Shown piece after piece: positions 19,884 to 29,362 of a stretch of 64,000 bases of DNA. Every line of letters begins with the position of its first letter. Positions within the stretch are counted from its first letter, which is position 1. The notes under the pieces are model-generated. The model was not told the origin of the DNA and made no database searches. It was given only the letters and a program-made list of their open reading frames with translations. This stretch comes from Oligoflexales bacterium. GTDB lineage: Bacteria; Bdellovibrionota_B; Oligoflexia; Oligoflexales; RGVZ01. A program made the translations under genes and the position numbers. The stretch spans positions 180 to 64,179 of the forward strand of contig JBIIGV010000003.1 of assembly GCA_044236265.1 (NCBI GenBank), given 5' to 3'.

Positions 19884-21353
19884 TCAAGTCGACTCTGTCT
19901 CTTGCTGCCGAAGACCTGAAAGCATGAAAAACGCCGTCAAAAGAAAGACAATCGTCAGTCGTCCCCCAGCTGCATTGATCGTCATGCTTTGGGGGATCCT
20001 GACTTGTCCCACCCACATTGTTGACTGATAATAGTCGAGGAAACGCACTCCATCCATCACCATGCGATTCAGTTTTATGAACCATTCGTAAATCCATGGA
20101 GGATGAAAGAAGATCGCAATAAGATCCAATGGAAGCAGAACCGCCAGAATGGGTAACGCAAATAGATTTGCCAACGGACTCATTATTCCAACCTGTCCAA
20201 AAAAAAGTAACGATACCGCTGTAAAGATTAATTGGATCTTTACGACTTGCTCGAAAGTTCCTGCGGCTGACTTTAAGTAGGTTGATTCATAAAATGCGTG
20301 CAGTAAAAGTGAGCCGGACCAAGAAAGAAAAAGACTTAGCGACAGCAAGTTGACCGGAAAAATCAGTGCTTGTAGACAAAATGTCAGCTTTATCTTGGAT
20401 TTTGTATCCTGAGCCAAACCAATCATTCCCACAACATGCAAAACAAAAAAGTTCAAAAAGGCGCGTTGGACTGATTGCGCAAAACCAACGACAGCGCAAA
20501 AGCTAAAAAGAATTAAAACAGCTACGAGAGCCGTTAGGTTCCACACGTAAATCCACCGTGTAATCGTCAGACAGCGTAAGAAATAAAAAACCAAAAACGG
20601 ACCACGCAACACCAAAAGTAACATTCCCGCAACCACCGAGAGATGGCCGCCGCTTAGAACAAGGACGTGCAATAGGCCAACATTGCGAAATGCTTCTACC
20701 AGACTCTTATCAACATCGAGACTTCTACCGAGCGCAAAGCCACTAAGCCAGCCCCTGATATCAGCCGGAAATGCATTCAAAGACTCAGAAATAATGGCCC
20801 GGAACGCCGCAAACATTTCACATAATATGCCTACCCGCGCTCTAAGGCCTGTCGTATTAACTTTGAAAAACTGTGCTCTGAATTTATTTCTGGAGAGTTC
20901 AACAAGATCTCCCACCATGGCCGTACCTCGGGCCAAGTATACTTGCCTGTGATCTCCAACCAGAATGTCTTGTTCAGAGTCTGCACAACCCATTGACCAG
21001 AACACCTGCAAATCGTCGCCATTACGTTTTATAGGCTCTGGATTGTGTATGGCAGCCCAAGCAAAAGATACTAGCGCAAGCCCCGCCAATAGAAGGCTGC
21101 TGACGTAACCTGATGCCTTATGAAATTTTGTCAAAACAAAAACGATCAAAGCCATCAGTGTTATTATCAACACTTGCAGAATAGTAAAATAATTCGGCTG
21201 CACTTGAAAAAAATGCCCCAGACAAGATCCCCACAAAGATCCCAAAGCGATAGCTCCGAGCATATGACACCTCACGCGAGGAAGCATTACAGCTAAAGAT
21301 TTAATGTCAGCCACTGAAGTTTCCTTGTGGCACACGTCAGGAAAAATTTTCAA
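19884..21353 (-). CDS. comEC: ComEC/Rec2 competence membrane protein (core domain only)
   Basis: AFRNVGLLHVLVLSGGHL, SVQRA, SLFLS and SPLANL motifs; multiple TM helices. Confidence 0.85.
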   Translation of the reverse strand: MKIFPDVCHKETSVADIKSLAVMLPRVRCHMLGAIALGSLWGSCLGHFFQVQPNYFTILQVLIITLMALIVFVLTKFHKASGYVSSLLLAGLALVSFAWAAIHNPEPIKRNGDDLQVFWSMGCADSEQDILVGDHRQVYLARGTAMVGDLVELSRNKFRAQFFKVNTTGLRARVGILCEMFAAFRAIISESLNAFPADIRGWLSGFALGRSLDVDKSLVEAFRNVGLLHVLVLSGGHLSVVAGMLLLVLRGPFLVFYFLRCLTITRWIYVWNLTALVAVLILFSFCAVVGFAQSVQRAFLNFFVLHVVGMIGLAQDTKSKIKLTFCLQALIFPVNLLSLSLFLSWSGSLLLHAFYESTYLKSAAGTFEQVVKIQLIFTAVSLLFFGQVGIMSPLANLFALPILAVLLPLDLIAIFFHPPWIYEWFIKLNRMVMDGVRFLDYYQSTMWVGQVRIPQSMTINAAGGRLTIVFLLTAFFMLSGLRQQETEST

Positions 21354-21368
21354 AACATGCTATGATGT

Positions 21369-22424
21369 ATGCTGCGTAATGACTGCCAAGGACTTGCCAT
21401 GGAATCACCAGCATCAAAAAGAACTCATGAGGCTCTCGAGCGCATGCCAGAGCTTAGCAAGTGGTTTTCCTCGCTCAACAAGCAGCCAACGATTGCTAAT
21501 CCTGAAATATTTCACATCTGGAGCCTTGTGCGCGCATTACGGACAAGTGACACCTTTCGCTGCCGACTATGGACAGACGCGGTTAACTTATTAGTCGAAT
21601 CAAACGTTTCAATGCTCGAACACATCCTTCGAACTGATGAGATGATTAACTCCCTGGGCTGTTCCCTGACGGACCTATACACACCGCTAGCTGAGGCTGC
21701 TATTTTAAACGGCGAGGGGGCGCGGGCATTCACCGCATTGCAAAAAGTCGCCGATCTCTCAGAACTTGCTGGTTTTAGATTTTTATCTGCTTGGACAGCA
21801 TTTAACGATGAAAAACTTTCCGTCTGCATTGCAGAGTGCGAGAAAACTACAGAGCCATTCGTGCCGATTTACACACTCCTAGGCCAAGCACTTCTTGAAT
21901 CCGGAAAGCCTCACGAAGCTATCGATGCACTGAAGGTCGCCTGTAAAATGGACGCGTGTGATCCACTTCCTCGAGTTCAGATGATTAAAGGCTATCTTGT
22001 ACTGAATATCCCGAGTGAGGCCATGCGTGTAATCGATGAGTGCCGCAAGATTCTGGGCACAAACATTGAGATTGAGTGCCTTGCCGCGATGGCTATCCTT
22101 GACAGTTCAGGCACTAAACCAGATTTTGCTGAACGCACATTCCAGCAGCTCAACAAGCACCTGACAAATGAACCCTCGGATTTCGAGGCGTTCTCTTTGG
22201 GCATGGACGTCGCATTTAAACTTACAAGGAAAGACTGGGGCTTATCTTTTGTAGAGAGCCTTGAGCTTGGTCAAAACGTCAATTTCAGCCATGTGATGAG
22301 TAAGCTACCAAGACTGCTCAAAACAATGAATGACCTCTGTTGGTATGACGCAGCAAAAACGCTGATCGACAAAACGATCAGCGTTACAAGATATCAAAGT
22401 CAGGGGTTAGGGCTTACGCAATAG
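21369..22424 (+). CDS. TPR-like helical repeat protein
   Basis: YTLLGQALLESGKPHEAIDALKVAC repeat; all-helical composition. Confidence 0.65.
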   Translation: MLRNDCQGLAMESPASKRTHEALERMPELSKWFSSLNKQPTIANPEIFHIWSLVRALRTSDTFRCRLWTDAVNLLVESNVSMLEHILRTDEMINSLGCSLTDLYTPLAEAAILNGEGARAFTALQKVADLSELAGFRFLSAWTAFNDEKLSVCIAECEKTTEPFVPIYTLLGQALLESGKPHEAIDALKVACKMDACDPLPRVQMIKGYLVLNIPSEAMRVIDECRKILGTNIEIECLAAMAILDSSGTKPDFAERTFQQLNKHLTNEPSDFEAFSLGMDVAFKLTRKDWGLSFVESLELGQNVNFSHVMSKLPRLLKTMNDLCWYDAAKTLIDKTISVTRYQSQGLGLTQ

Positions 22425-23331
22425 CACCGGCAACTGCCGCAGCACGTTTGCCAGTTCCACGACGAACTCCCAAATCTTCAACCACTGCAAGCAGGTCATG
22501 GCGGTGCGCCCAAACAGCCTTCATGAATGAAGCATGTAGGCCATGCCCAGATTTGTAAGCTACAACTCGTCCAACAATCGGAGCACCAAGGAGACTTAAA
22601 TCTCCAACGCAGTCCAAAAGCTTGTGACGCACGAATTCATCATCATGACGTAGTCCTTCAGGATTCAAAACTTCGTCATCGGAGACGACAACGGCATTAT
22701 CCAAGGATCCGCCTAATGCCAGACCGGCTTTGCGCATGGCATTTACATCGTTGACGTGACAGAAGGTTCTGCTACCAGAAACTTCGAGAAACGACTCACG
22801 ATCCATATCAAATCCAAAGGATTGGCGACCGATGACCTTCGATTGAAAGTCGATTTCCATCTCAAAACGGGTCACATCAGCGGGCTCAACGCGGATCCAC
22901 TTGTCTCCCATCTGAAATTCAAATGCTTCACGAACGACGAAGTAGCGACGAAGAGCTTCTTGGGAAGAGATACCGGCTGCAAGAATACGGTCAACAAACG
23001 GAGCAGCGCTTCCATCCATAACTGGCACTTCTGGTCCGTCGATTTTTACAAGAGCATTATCAATTCCAAGGCCCGCAAATGCGGCCATCAAGTGTTCAAT
23101 GGTCGAGACTTTCGCCTCACCATTGGCAATAGTTGTGTTGAGGTCAGTCGACCTAATGTTGCTAACGTGAGCGAGGACAGAGGGCATACCAGGAAGGTCT
23201 ACTCTTTTGAAGACGATGCCCGTGTTGATTGCAGCAGGAAGAATCTCAAGCCTTACAACTTTACCGGAGTGCAGGGCAATGCCACTGACTTCTATGCGGC
23301 GGGCTACGGTATGTTGCTTTTGGGCTACCAT
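22414..23331 (-). CDS. lpxC: UDP-3-O-acyl-N-acetylglucosamine deacetylase
   Basis: GIALHSG, STIEHLMAA, EVPVMDGSA, DEFVRHKLLD.VGDL, KSGHGLH. Confidence 0.97.
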   Translation of the reverse strand: MVAQKQHTVARRIEVSGIALHSGKVVRLEILPAAINTGIVFKRVDLPGMPSVLAHVSNIRSTDLNTTIANGEAKVSTIEHLMAAFAGLGIDNALVKIDGPEVPVMDGSAAPFVDRILAAGISSQEALRRYFVVREAFEFQMGDKWIRVEPADVTRFEMEIDFQSKVIGRQSFGFDMDRESFLEVSGSRTFCHVNDVNAMRKAGLALGGSLDNAVVVSDDEVLNPEGLRHDDEFVRHKLLDCVGDLSLLGAPIVGRVVAYKSGHGLHASFMKAVWAHRHDLLAVVEDLGVRRGTGKRAAAVAGAIA

Positions 23332-23551
23332 GGACTCTCAAAGCTTCCTTCGAAACGGCTTTCACCGACTATCGGCTTGACCATATCTAGTCAACTGCAA
23401 AAACCAGGCCAATTTAGAAAACTTTAGAATTTATTTTAAGTAATTGAATTTATTGTATTATTTTTCATCTATTTCCTGCCGTTGTGCACATGTCACCATG
23501 TGTACACAGGCCCCCGAGTTGCAGTCGTGGTGCATTCGACACGGGGCGACT

Positions 23552-25420
23552 TTAGCGCCGGATGTCGCGCCCGAGCCAGTGAGCAATTCGTCCATCCCCC
23601 ATGGCTCCGACCAACTCCGAAGGAACCAGGGACTTTCCGGGATAGCCCCAAGCTAATGTCACATACAGATCGGCCATAGATGTGCCCTCGACAATGCCGA
23701 GGTTCAATATCCTCTCGCCGACCTGAACAGCAAAAGCCTCAAAGTGTCTTGAGAGCCGGGCCGCGCTAATTTCAAATCTACTGACCTGCCCCGTCTTTGG
23801 AGCACGCTGCCGAAGCTCGGCAATTGAGGATACCTTTAAAGACTGAGAGTCGTGCAAACCTAGGTCTTTAAGGGCCGCCTCGACACTGGGTGATTTGCCA
23901 AAATGGCGAAGTAAACTATCCCACTGCGGTACATCGCCCGCAAAACCCCATCCAGCATTTGCCAGCAACTTACACTGCTCAACGACATCAGGCCATGCTC
24001 CAGTCTCTGACAAGACAACCATTTCAGCTAACAACGCAAAGCGTAACGCCACTGACAAAGGAATGGGATGTTTCCATCCTTGCTGCCTGAGAACACCATT
24101 TGTCAGAATATCTGCCAATTCGTTTGCATAAGTAACAGTGTTTTCTGATGCTTCCTGAGATGGCTCTAAATGCTCAATCGCCTCACACCATCCGAGATTT
24201 GCTTGTCCAAAATTGCCCGAAAGCCGGTAACGTGTCATCAAGCGCGTTGATCCCACTCCAAACTCTAGGAAATCATTAACTGAGCAAGCCAACCATAGAG
24301 AGGAGACGGAGTTCGCATGACCCACAAACCAGTCGAGACGTCCGCGCCAAGACACAAGAAGGTCTTTTCTGGAAAGACCAACTTTTTGTGATCGACTAAG
24401 AATGGTTTCCAGATATTCACGAAGCTGCTCTTCGGATGGCGCAATCATTAAGAGTCGAATCTTTCGCGCAAGTAACGTGTAGAAGACTGACTGCGGAGGG
24501 ATGCCACGACTTAGGTCTATCGCCAAAGTACCCGAGCCCACAGAGGCCGTCCACCATCTGTCTTTTGAACCAATTTCATAACGTGATATGCGCCTTGAAA
24601 GCCATGAGCGATAATCTTCAAATAAGACTCTGGCTGCACAGCCGGCGCGAACCTGGCTCATGGTAAGAGCCCTGGCTCCAATATTTCGCTCTCTCAAAGC
24701 GTTGTATCCAGACTCCAAATGACTGACAGCGATCTGTTTTCGTCGCAAAGACAAAGTTGAACGATCTTCGACAACACCCAACAAATCAGGCGTCTCCTCT
24801 AGCAACTCCCGTCGTGTTGTTGATCTGAGGTTGTTGATCGTCTGGCTTTTTTTGATCCACGCATAAAGTGATTCTATCCCTTTGGCGTCGGCCCAGTTTT
24901 GCCCCTGTAAAACCAGAGATATCAATCCTAATGTGAACGCATCTTTGGAGTGTAAGATCGCATTTTTTCTCACATCTTCCAAAGACTTGTAGGCATCAAA
25001 CCGACGGAGTGCGCCATTTGCGAGCGGTGGAAGCATATCTATGTAGACTTCCGGAAAGCCGACTTTCGCATAAGGATTTGCCCAAACTCGCCCCTGACAT
25101 GCGAGAGCCAAGTCCCACCACGAACCAAGGCAGTCGTGACTCGAAATAAAATACCACTTGGCCTTTGACAGACAAATTCCCAATAGAAGCAAATGCACTC
25201 TTTGAAAGTGAGCGACTAAATCTTCCCAGTAGAGCTTCGATGTAATGCTATCAAGCCAATCTCGGTGATAGTCGTGACATGCATCTTTTGATCTGAGCAA
25301 AATGATCGTGTTCGAATTTGCTGATTCTAATTTTGACTCAAGCCGCGCAACAAATTCTGCCGATGCCGGATCATAAAGAGATCCATTCCAATCTATTTCA
25401 ATTGAGATGGTGTCCTGCAT
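23552..25420 (-). CDS. degenerate FadJ/FadB-like (crotonase + 3-hydroxyacyl-CoA dehydrogenase fold) protein
   Basis: CLGSWWDLALACQGRV..KVGFPEVYIDMLP aligns with FadJ CLGGGLELALACHGRV..LGLPEVQLGLLP; C-terminal GIVEGTSMADLYVTLAWGYP aligns with GVI....GD.GAV.G.GFP; no GxGxxG motif. Confidence 0.7.
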   Translation of the reverse strand: MQDTISIEIDWNGSLYDPASAEFVARLESKLESANSNTIILLRSKDACHDYHRDWLDSITSKLYWEDLVAHFQRVHLLLLGICLSKAKWYFISSHDCLGSWWDLALACQGRVWANPYAKVGFPEVYIDMLPPLANGALRRFDAYKSLEDVRKNAILHSKDAFTLGLISLVLQGQNWADAKGIESLYAWIKKSQTINNLRSTTRRELLEETPDLLGVVEDRSTLSLRRKQIAVSHLESGYNALRERNIGARALTMSQVRAGCAARVLFEDYRSWLSRRISRYEIGSKDRWWTASVGSGTLAIDLSRGIPPQSVFYTLLARKIRLLMIAPSEEQLREYLETILSRSQKVGLSRKDLLVSWRGRLDWFVGHANSVSSLWLACSVNDFLEFGVGSTRLMTRYRLSGNFGQANLGWCEAIEHLEPSQEASENTVTYANELADILTNGVLRQQGWKHPIPLSVALRFALLAEMVVLSETGAWPDVVEQCKLLANAGWGFAGDVPQWDSLLRHFGKSPSVEAALKDLGLHDSQSLKVSSIAELRQRAPKTGQVSRFEISAARLSRHFEAFAVQVGERILNLGIVEGTSMADLYVTLAWGYPGKSLVPSELVGAMGDGRIAHWLGRDIRR

Positions 25421-26377
25421 TTAGAGTACCCCACCATCTTTTTTCAAAACTTGCAGCCGACATTGACGATCCACCATGTAGAACATACTTCCGTCTTTCG
25501 CACGCGAAAGAAACGCCAGCAAATCTCTGACAGGATGCCAGCCAAGTGTTGCTCCTGGAACATGAAGCTTGGACAAGAGGGTATTTAATGGATATTGCTG
25601 TTCTGCAATCCACAACGCGACTCCAACACTTGGAGCCGAGATCCAAATCTCAGGGCAGTCTTCACCTGCGCGCATCGCGCTCATAATTTCCACATCAAGC
25701 TTTGGCGACCCACACCACACTTCTGGTTCAATGACATTCAGACGATGAAGCCTCATGTCAACCGCACTAGCTGAACGCGCCATTGGGACGTCAACTATTG
25801 CCGCAAGCCAGGACGCCGATCGCGGCTCTCCCATGACGCTACTGCGCATGGCGCGATTACGCCAACTACGACCGATTGACGACAAGCCTGAAAGACGGCC
25901 AAGGTCGTCCGTTACCAGAAATGAGCCCTCTTTCTCAAGTCGTTCTGCAGTTCGGCCCCAGAGCAGAAACTGACGAGCTATAAAGTCAGGTATTAGAGAT
26001 GCATACTGCGCAGCAAAGATCGACTGCGCACTGGTGAACCAGGTTGGAACCGCAGTGGACCAAGAACCTACGAAAATAAATCTCGCACCATCTGTAACAT
26101 CAGAAAAAATGGTCACTGGGTCAATTTGTTCGAGGGTGCCTTGGCCCTGAAAATAGGTCAAAGCCAAATTATCTTTTGCATCTTGATGATCTGGAGAAAC
26201 GCTAATTCTCGGAGACGCGCCCAGCCGCTCGCCCATCACCATCGCACCCATATTCACGCAATCAAGCCATTTGCCCCAATCTATTCTCCGAGGCAAATAA
26301 TCCGATGGCATAGATACAAGATCGATACGACCGATCTGAAGAGGCAAACAAAGTGCCTCAGCGGGCTGCAGTTGCAT
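25421..26377 (-). CDS. degenerate thiolase-like (FadI-like) protein
   Basis: EIWISAPSVGVAL resembles EINEAFAAQAL and KLHVPGATLGWHPV resembles KVNVNGGAIALGHPL; catalytic Cys motifs absent; ATG at 26377 overlaps the end of the TPR gene. Confidence 0.55.
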   Translation of the reverse strand: MQLQPAEALCLPLQIGRIDLVSMPSDYLPRRIDWGKWLDCVNMGAMVMGERLGASPRISVSPDHQDAKDNLALTYFQGQGTLEQIDPVTIFSDVTDGARFIFVGSWSTAVPTWFTSAQSIFAAQYASLIPDFIARQFLLWGRTAERLEKEGSFLVTDDLGRLSGLSSIGRSWRNRAMRSSVMGEPRSASWLAAIVDVPMARSASAVDMRLHRLNVIEPEVWCGSPKLDVEIMSAMRAGEDCPEIWISAPSVGVALWIAEQQYPLNTLLSKLHVPGATLGWHPVRDLLAFLSRAKDGSMFYMVDRQCRLQVLKKDGGVL

Positions 26378-27458
26378 GAGCCATTCCCTCGTCAAGCCGC
26401 TGGATACCTGCACGCAGTTGACCAACCAAATCAGGCGAACGTGTCTTCTCACTGAGAACAATCAGCCAATCGCGCACCGTTACCCAATTTTTGAGTTTAA
26501 TCGCACAGCTGATAAGACCTTCGATAGCTTCAAAAAAGTTGTCATTGAGCTCAAGAGTCTTTTGATAGTTTTCGTAAGCCATCTGAGTTTGATTTAGCTG
26601 CTCGTAAATGGTTCCAATACGAAAATGGACGATTGACCTTGTTTCGGGGTCTTCAACCACGAGCAGGGCAGATCTCAAAACTTTAAGGCAACCATCAAGA
26701 TCTCCCAAGCGATAGTACGCTTCAAAGTGAATGGTCGATGTGTCAAGCGTACTTCCCGCGCAATATTCTTCGATATAGCGAATGGCTTCCCTGCAATCCC
26801 CTAGCTGATACAGATAAACCGCCGCAAGCTCTTGTGCGTAGCGAAACACCTCTTGCTTGTGTTTGGCAGAGGATAGAAGTCTCTTTAAAACATCAATAAC
26901 CGCAGGCCACTCCTGCGACTGCGAGTATAGATTTCTGAAATAACGTAGTGCCTTGGCGTTATCAGGCTGCATCTTGCGCAAACGCTCGTAGAACTGGTGA
27001 AGCAAACTTTCGTTGTGAGCCTTCTTTTCAAAAATAAAACAAAGTCTTTCAACTGCGGCAATCTGATCCTCTCGCTTGGAAAAAACTTCCCAGCTGCCCG
27101 TGAGAAGTTCGCCCTCCGTCTTGTAGTCTTCAGACTCAAGAACCTTATCCAGCACTTGAATTCTGAAATCTGAAAACGACATTTTCTTTGACTGGATCAG
27201 CTCTCGACTCGTCTGCGATGCCGCTTTGACGTCCTCCAAATAAAGGATGTCCACCTTGATGAGACGAACAAAATTGTCAATGGATCCCTTTGGATCGGAT
27301 TTGATGCTGGCGCGAACCAAATCAAAGAACAAGGTCCAACACTCGTGTGCTTCCAAGGAATCCAGAACCCGTAAATAATCGGCTGAATCAATCTGACGGG
27401 GGTTTGTAGCCAGGCCTAAGGCCTGATCGATTGGCATCAATTCAACCTGACTTGTCAT
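26358..27458 (-). CDS. TPR repeat protein
   Basis: Repeats such as VHFRIGTIYEQLNQTQMAYENYQKTLELNDNF. Confidence 0.8.
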   Translation of the reverse strand: MTSQVELMPIDQALGLATNPRQIDSADYLRVLDSLEAHECWTLFFDLVRASIKSDPKGSIDNFVRLIKVDILYLEDVKAASQTSRELIQSKKMSFSDFRIQVLDKVLESEDYKTEGELLTGSWEVFSKREDQIAAVERLCFIFEKKAHNESLLHQFYERLRKMQPDNAKALRYFRNLYSQSQEWPAVIDVLKRLLSSAKHKQEVFRYAQELAAVYLYQLGDCREAIRYIEEYCAGSTLDTSTIHFEAYYRLGDLDGCLKVLRSALLVVEDPETRSIVHFRIGTIYEQLNQTQMAYENYQKTLELNDNFFEAIEGLISCAIKLKNWVTVRDWLIVLSEKTRSPDLVGQLRAGIQRLDEGMAHATAAR

Positions 27459-27468
27459 GAGTACGACC

Positions 27469-28062
27469 TCAGGATTTTAAACCATTCAGAATCAGAGAGG
27501 ATGCTTTCTTGGACATCTGCGAGTAGTCAAAAACCTTGCTGTCAAATAGCCACTGTAAGCTTAGACCGTCGATGACAGCAATCACGAATGACGCATAAGC
27601 ACTTGCGTCAACTTTGCGAAATGCATTTTTGTCGACGCCATCTTGAATAACTTTGGCAGCCGCTTCGCGGAACTTGGCGTAATGAGCTGCAATGACTTTC
27701 CTGATTTCTTCCTTCTGATTGATCTGAGTCCAGAAGTCCATGTTGACCTGGTAGTATTCTTTGGTGTTACGAACGATGTCGAAACAAACCTCAATAAAGA
27801 TCTCCAATCGACGCCATGGATCAGAGATGGCGCTCATCTCTTCGCCCAAAACACGTTCGATATCGCCGGCAACTTTATCCAAAACGCACATCATCAGTTC
27901 ATCTTTATTCAAAAAATAATAATGAATGATGCCTTTGCTGACACCGGCTGTGCGCGCTACGTCCTGCATCGAAAAATTATGGTATCCATGCTTTGTGATG
28001 CACTCGACCGTTGCTCTTACAATCTGCTCTTTTCGTTCCGCTGCTACGTCGTGCTTGGACAT
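27469..28062 (-). CDS. TetR/AcrR family transcriptional regulator
   Basis: RKEQIVRAT..I...GY...SMQDVARTAGVSKGIIHYYF.NKDEL HTH; BetI-like C-terminus. Confidence 0.93.
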   Translation of the reverse strand: MSKHDVAAERKEQIVRATVECITKHGYHNFSMQDVARTAGVSKGIIHYYFLNKDELMMCVLDKVAGDIERVLGEEMSAISDPWRRLEIFIEVCFDIVRNTKEYYQVNMDFWTQINQKEEIRKVIAAHYAKFREAAAKVIQDGVDKNAFRKVDASAYASFVIAVIDGLSLQWLFDSKVFDYSQMSKKASSLILNGLKS

Positions 28063-28099
28063 GATCAAACGCCCCATTTTATCCATTAATCTCAATAAG

Positions 28100-28129
28100 A
28101 TGGTAGCACCCTAGGGGGGGGACTTTCAA
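28100..28129 (-). promoter_or_regulatory. sigma70-like promoter of the tetR operon
   Basis: Minus strand TTGAAA-N18-TACCAT with an extended -10 TG. Confidence 0.4.
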
Positions 28130-28215
28130 CCTCAGGAAGACCTTGGTAGCATATTAGGATACGCGATCATAAATGCGTTTCCTCTTAGACCATCAACGCG
28201 AGGTCAGGTTTAACT

Positions 28216-29337
28216 ATGTATTTCAAAAAAATTTTAATGGCACTTACGTTTAGTGCAGCAGCAATGCCAAATATCAGTGCTGCTGGTGAATTGAAGTGGA
28301 CTCATTATGGGTTAAGACCTCTTGCCATGGGCAATGCCTATGTTGCCGTTGCTGATGATTACAACGCACTATTCTATAATCCTGCTGGCTTGGCGCGCCT
28401 CGATAGCTGGAGCCTAGAAGTATTTAACCCCCGCCTCGGTGTTTCCGCCACAACACTCAAGACTATCAATGACTTCACCAACCTTGCGTCCTCGAACTCC
28501 AGCAGTGTTGATGCGACTTTGAGTGTTTTTGAAACCATGACGGGGAAACCGCAGTGGGTTAATCTTGGCGCCACCCCGCATTTTATTTTACCGGGATTTG
28601 GCCTCGGTATTGGACTTGATATTGGCGGCAGCATGGTGATTCACCGCAGCACAATCTCTGCCGATCTGGACGCTGGCGCCAATGTGATCGTGCCAATCGC
28701 CTTTGCCAAGAACTTTTTGGAGGATCGCCTCAGCATCGGCGCCACTATTAAAGGCGTTTACAAACAGGGCGTTGAACGGGAGTTTAGCTTAGCCGATATC
28801 AATGCATTCTCTAAAAGTCAGACATCTTCAAGTGGCAACCAACTAAAAGACTACGTCGTTGGCGGCACGGGATTTGGCGTAGACCTCGGCATGCTCTTTA
28901 CTCCTGTAACAGTTGGAGAGCCGACCTTTGGCATGAGCGTGACCGACATCGGTGGGACCCCGTATAAGGCATCGAGTATGGGAGATCTTAAATTTGGAGC
29001 ACCAAAGCCACGGGAGCCTTCCCTCAACACGGGAATCAGCTTTAAGCCAATTAAGACAGGTTCCTACTACGTTTTAACAAGCATGGACGTGCATGCTGTC
29101 AATCAACCGATTCACTTCTCTAAAAAGGTCAATTTTGGTGCCGAGTGGGGTCTGTCAAAGGCTCTAAAGGTTCAGGCTGGCCTTCATCAGGGCAGCCTGA
29201 GCGGTGGCCTGCAACTTGACCTGTGGCTGTTGATTTTACGGTTTGTAACTTACACCGAGCAGCTCGGAACAGTGGCTGGCGAGAGCGAATCTGCCGCCGA
29301 CCGTCGCTACATGGCTCAGCTTAAACTCATTCTTTAA
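28216..29337 (+). CDS. outer-membrane beta-barrel, FadL/PorV/TraF-like
   Basis: Signal peptide; GLRPLAMGNAYVAVADDYNALFYNPAGLA plug motif; amphipathic beta strands. Confidence 0.75.
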   Translation: MYFKKILMALTFSAAAMPNISAAGELKWTHYGLRPLAMGNAYVAVADDYNALFYNPAGLARLDSWSLEVFNPRLGVSATTLKTINDFTNLASSNSSSVDATLSVFETMTGKPQWVNLGATPHFILPGFGLGIGLDIGGSMVIHRSTISADLDAGANVIVPIAFAKNFLEDRLSIGATIKGVYKQGVEREFSLADINAFSKSQTSSSGNQLKDYVVGGTGFGVDLGMLFTPVTVGEPTFGMSVTDIGGTPYKASSMGDLKFGAPKPREPSLNTGISFKPIKTGSYYVLTSMDVHAVNQPIHFSKKVNFGAEWGLSKALKVQAGLHQGSLSGGLQLDLWLLILRFVTYTEQLGTVAGESESAADRRYMAQLKLIL

Positions 29338-29362
29338 TTGTCTTGAACAATCACAAGGACGT

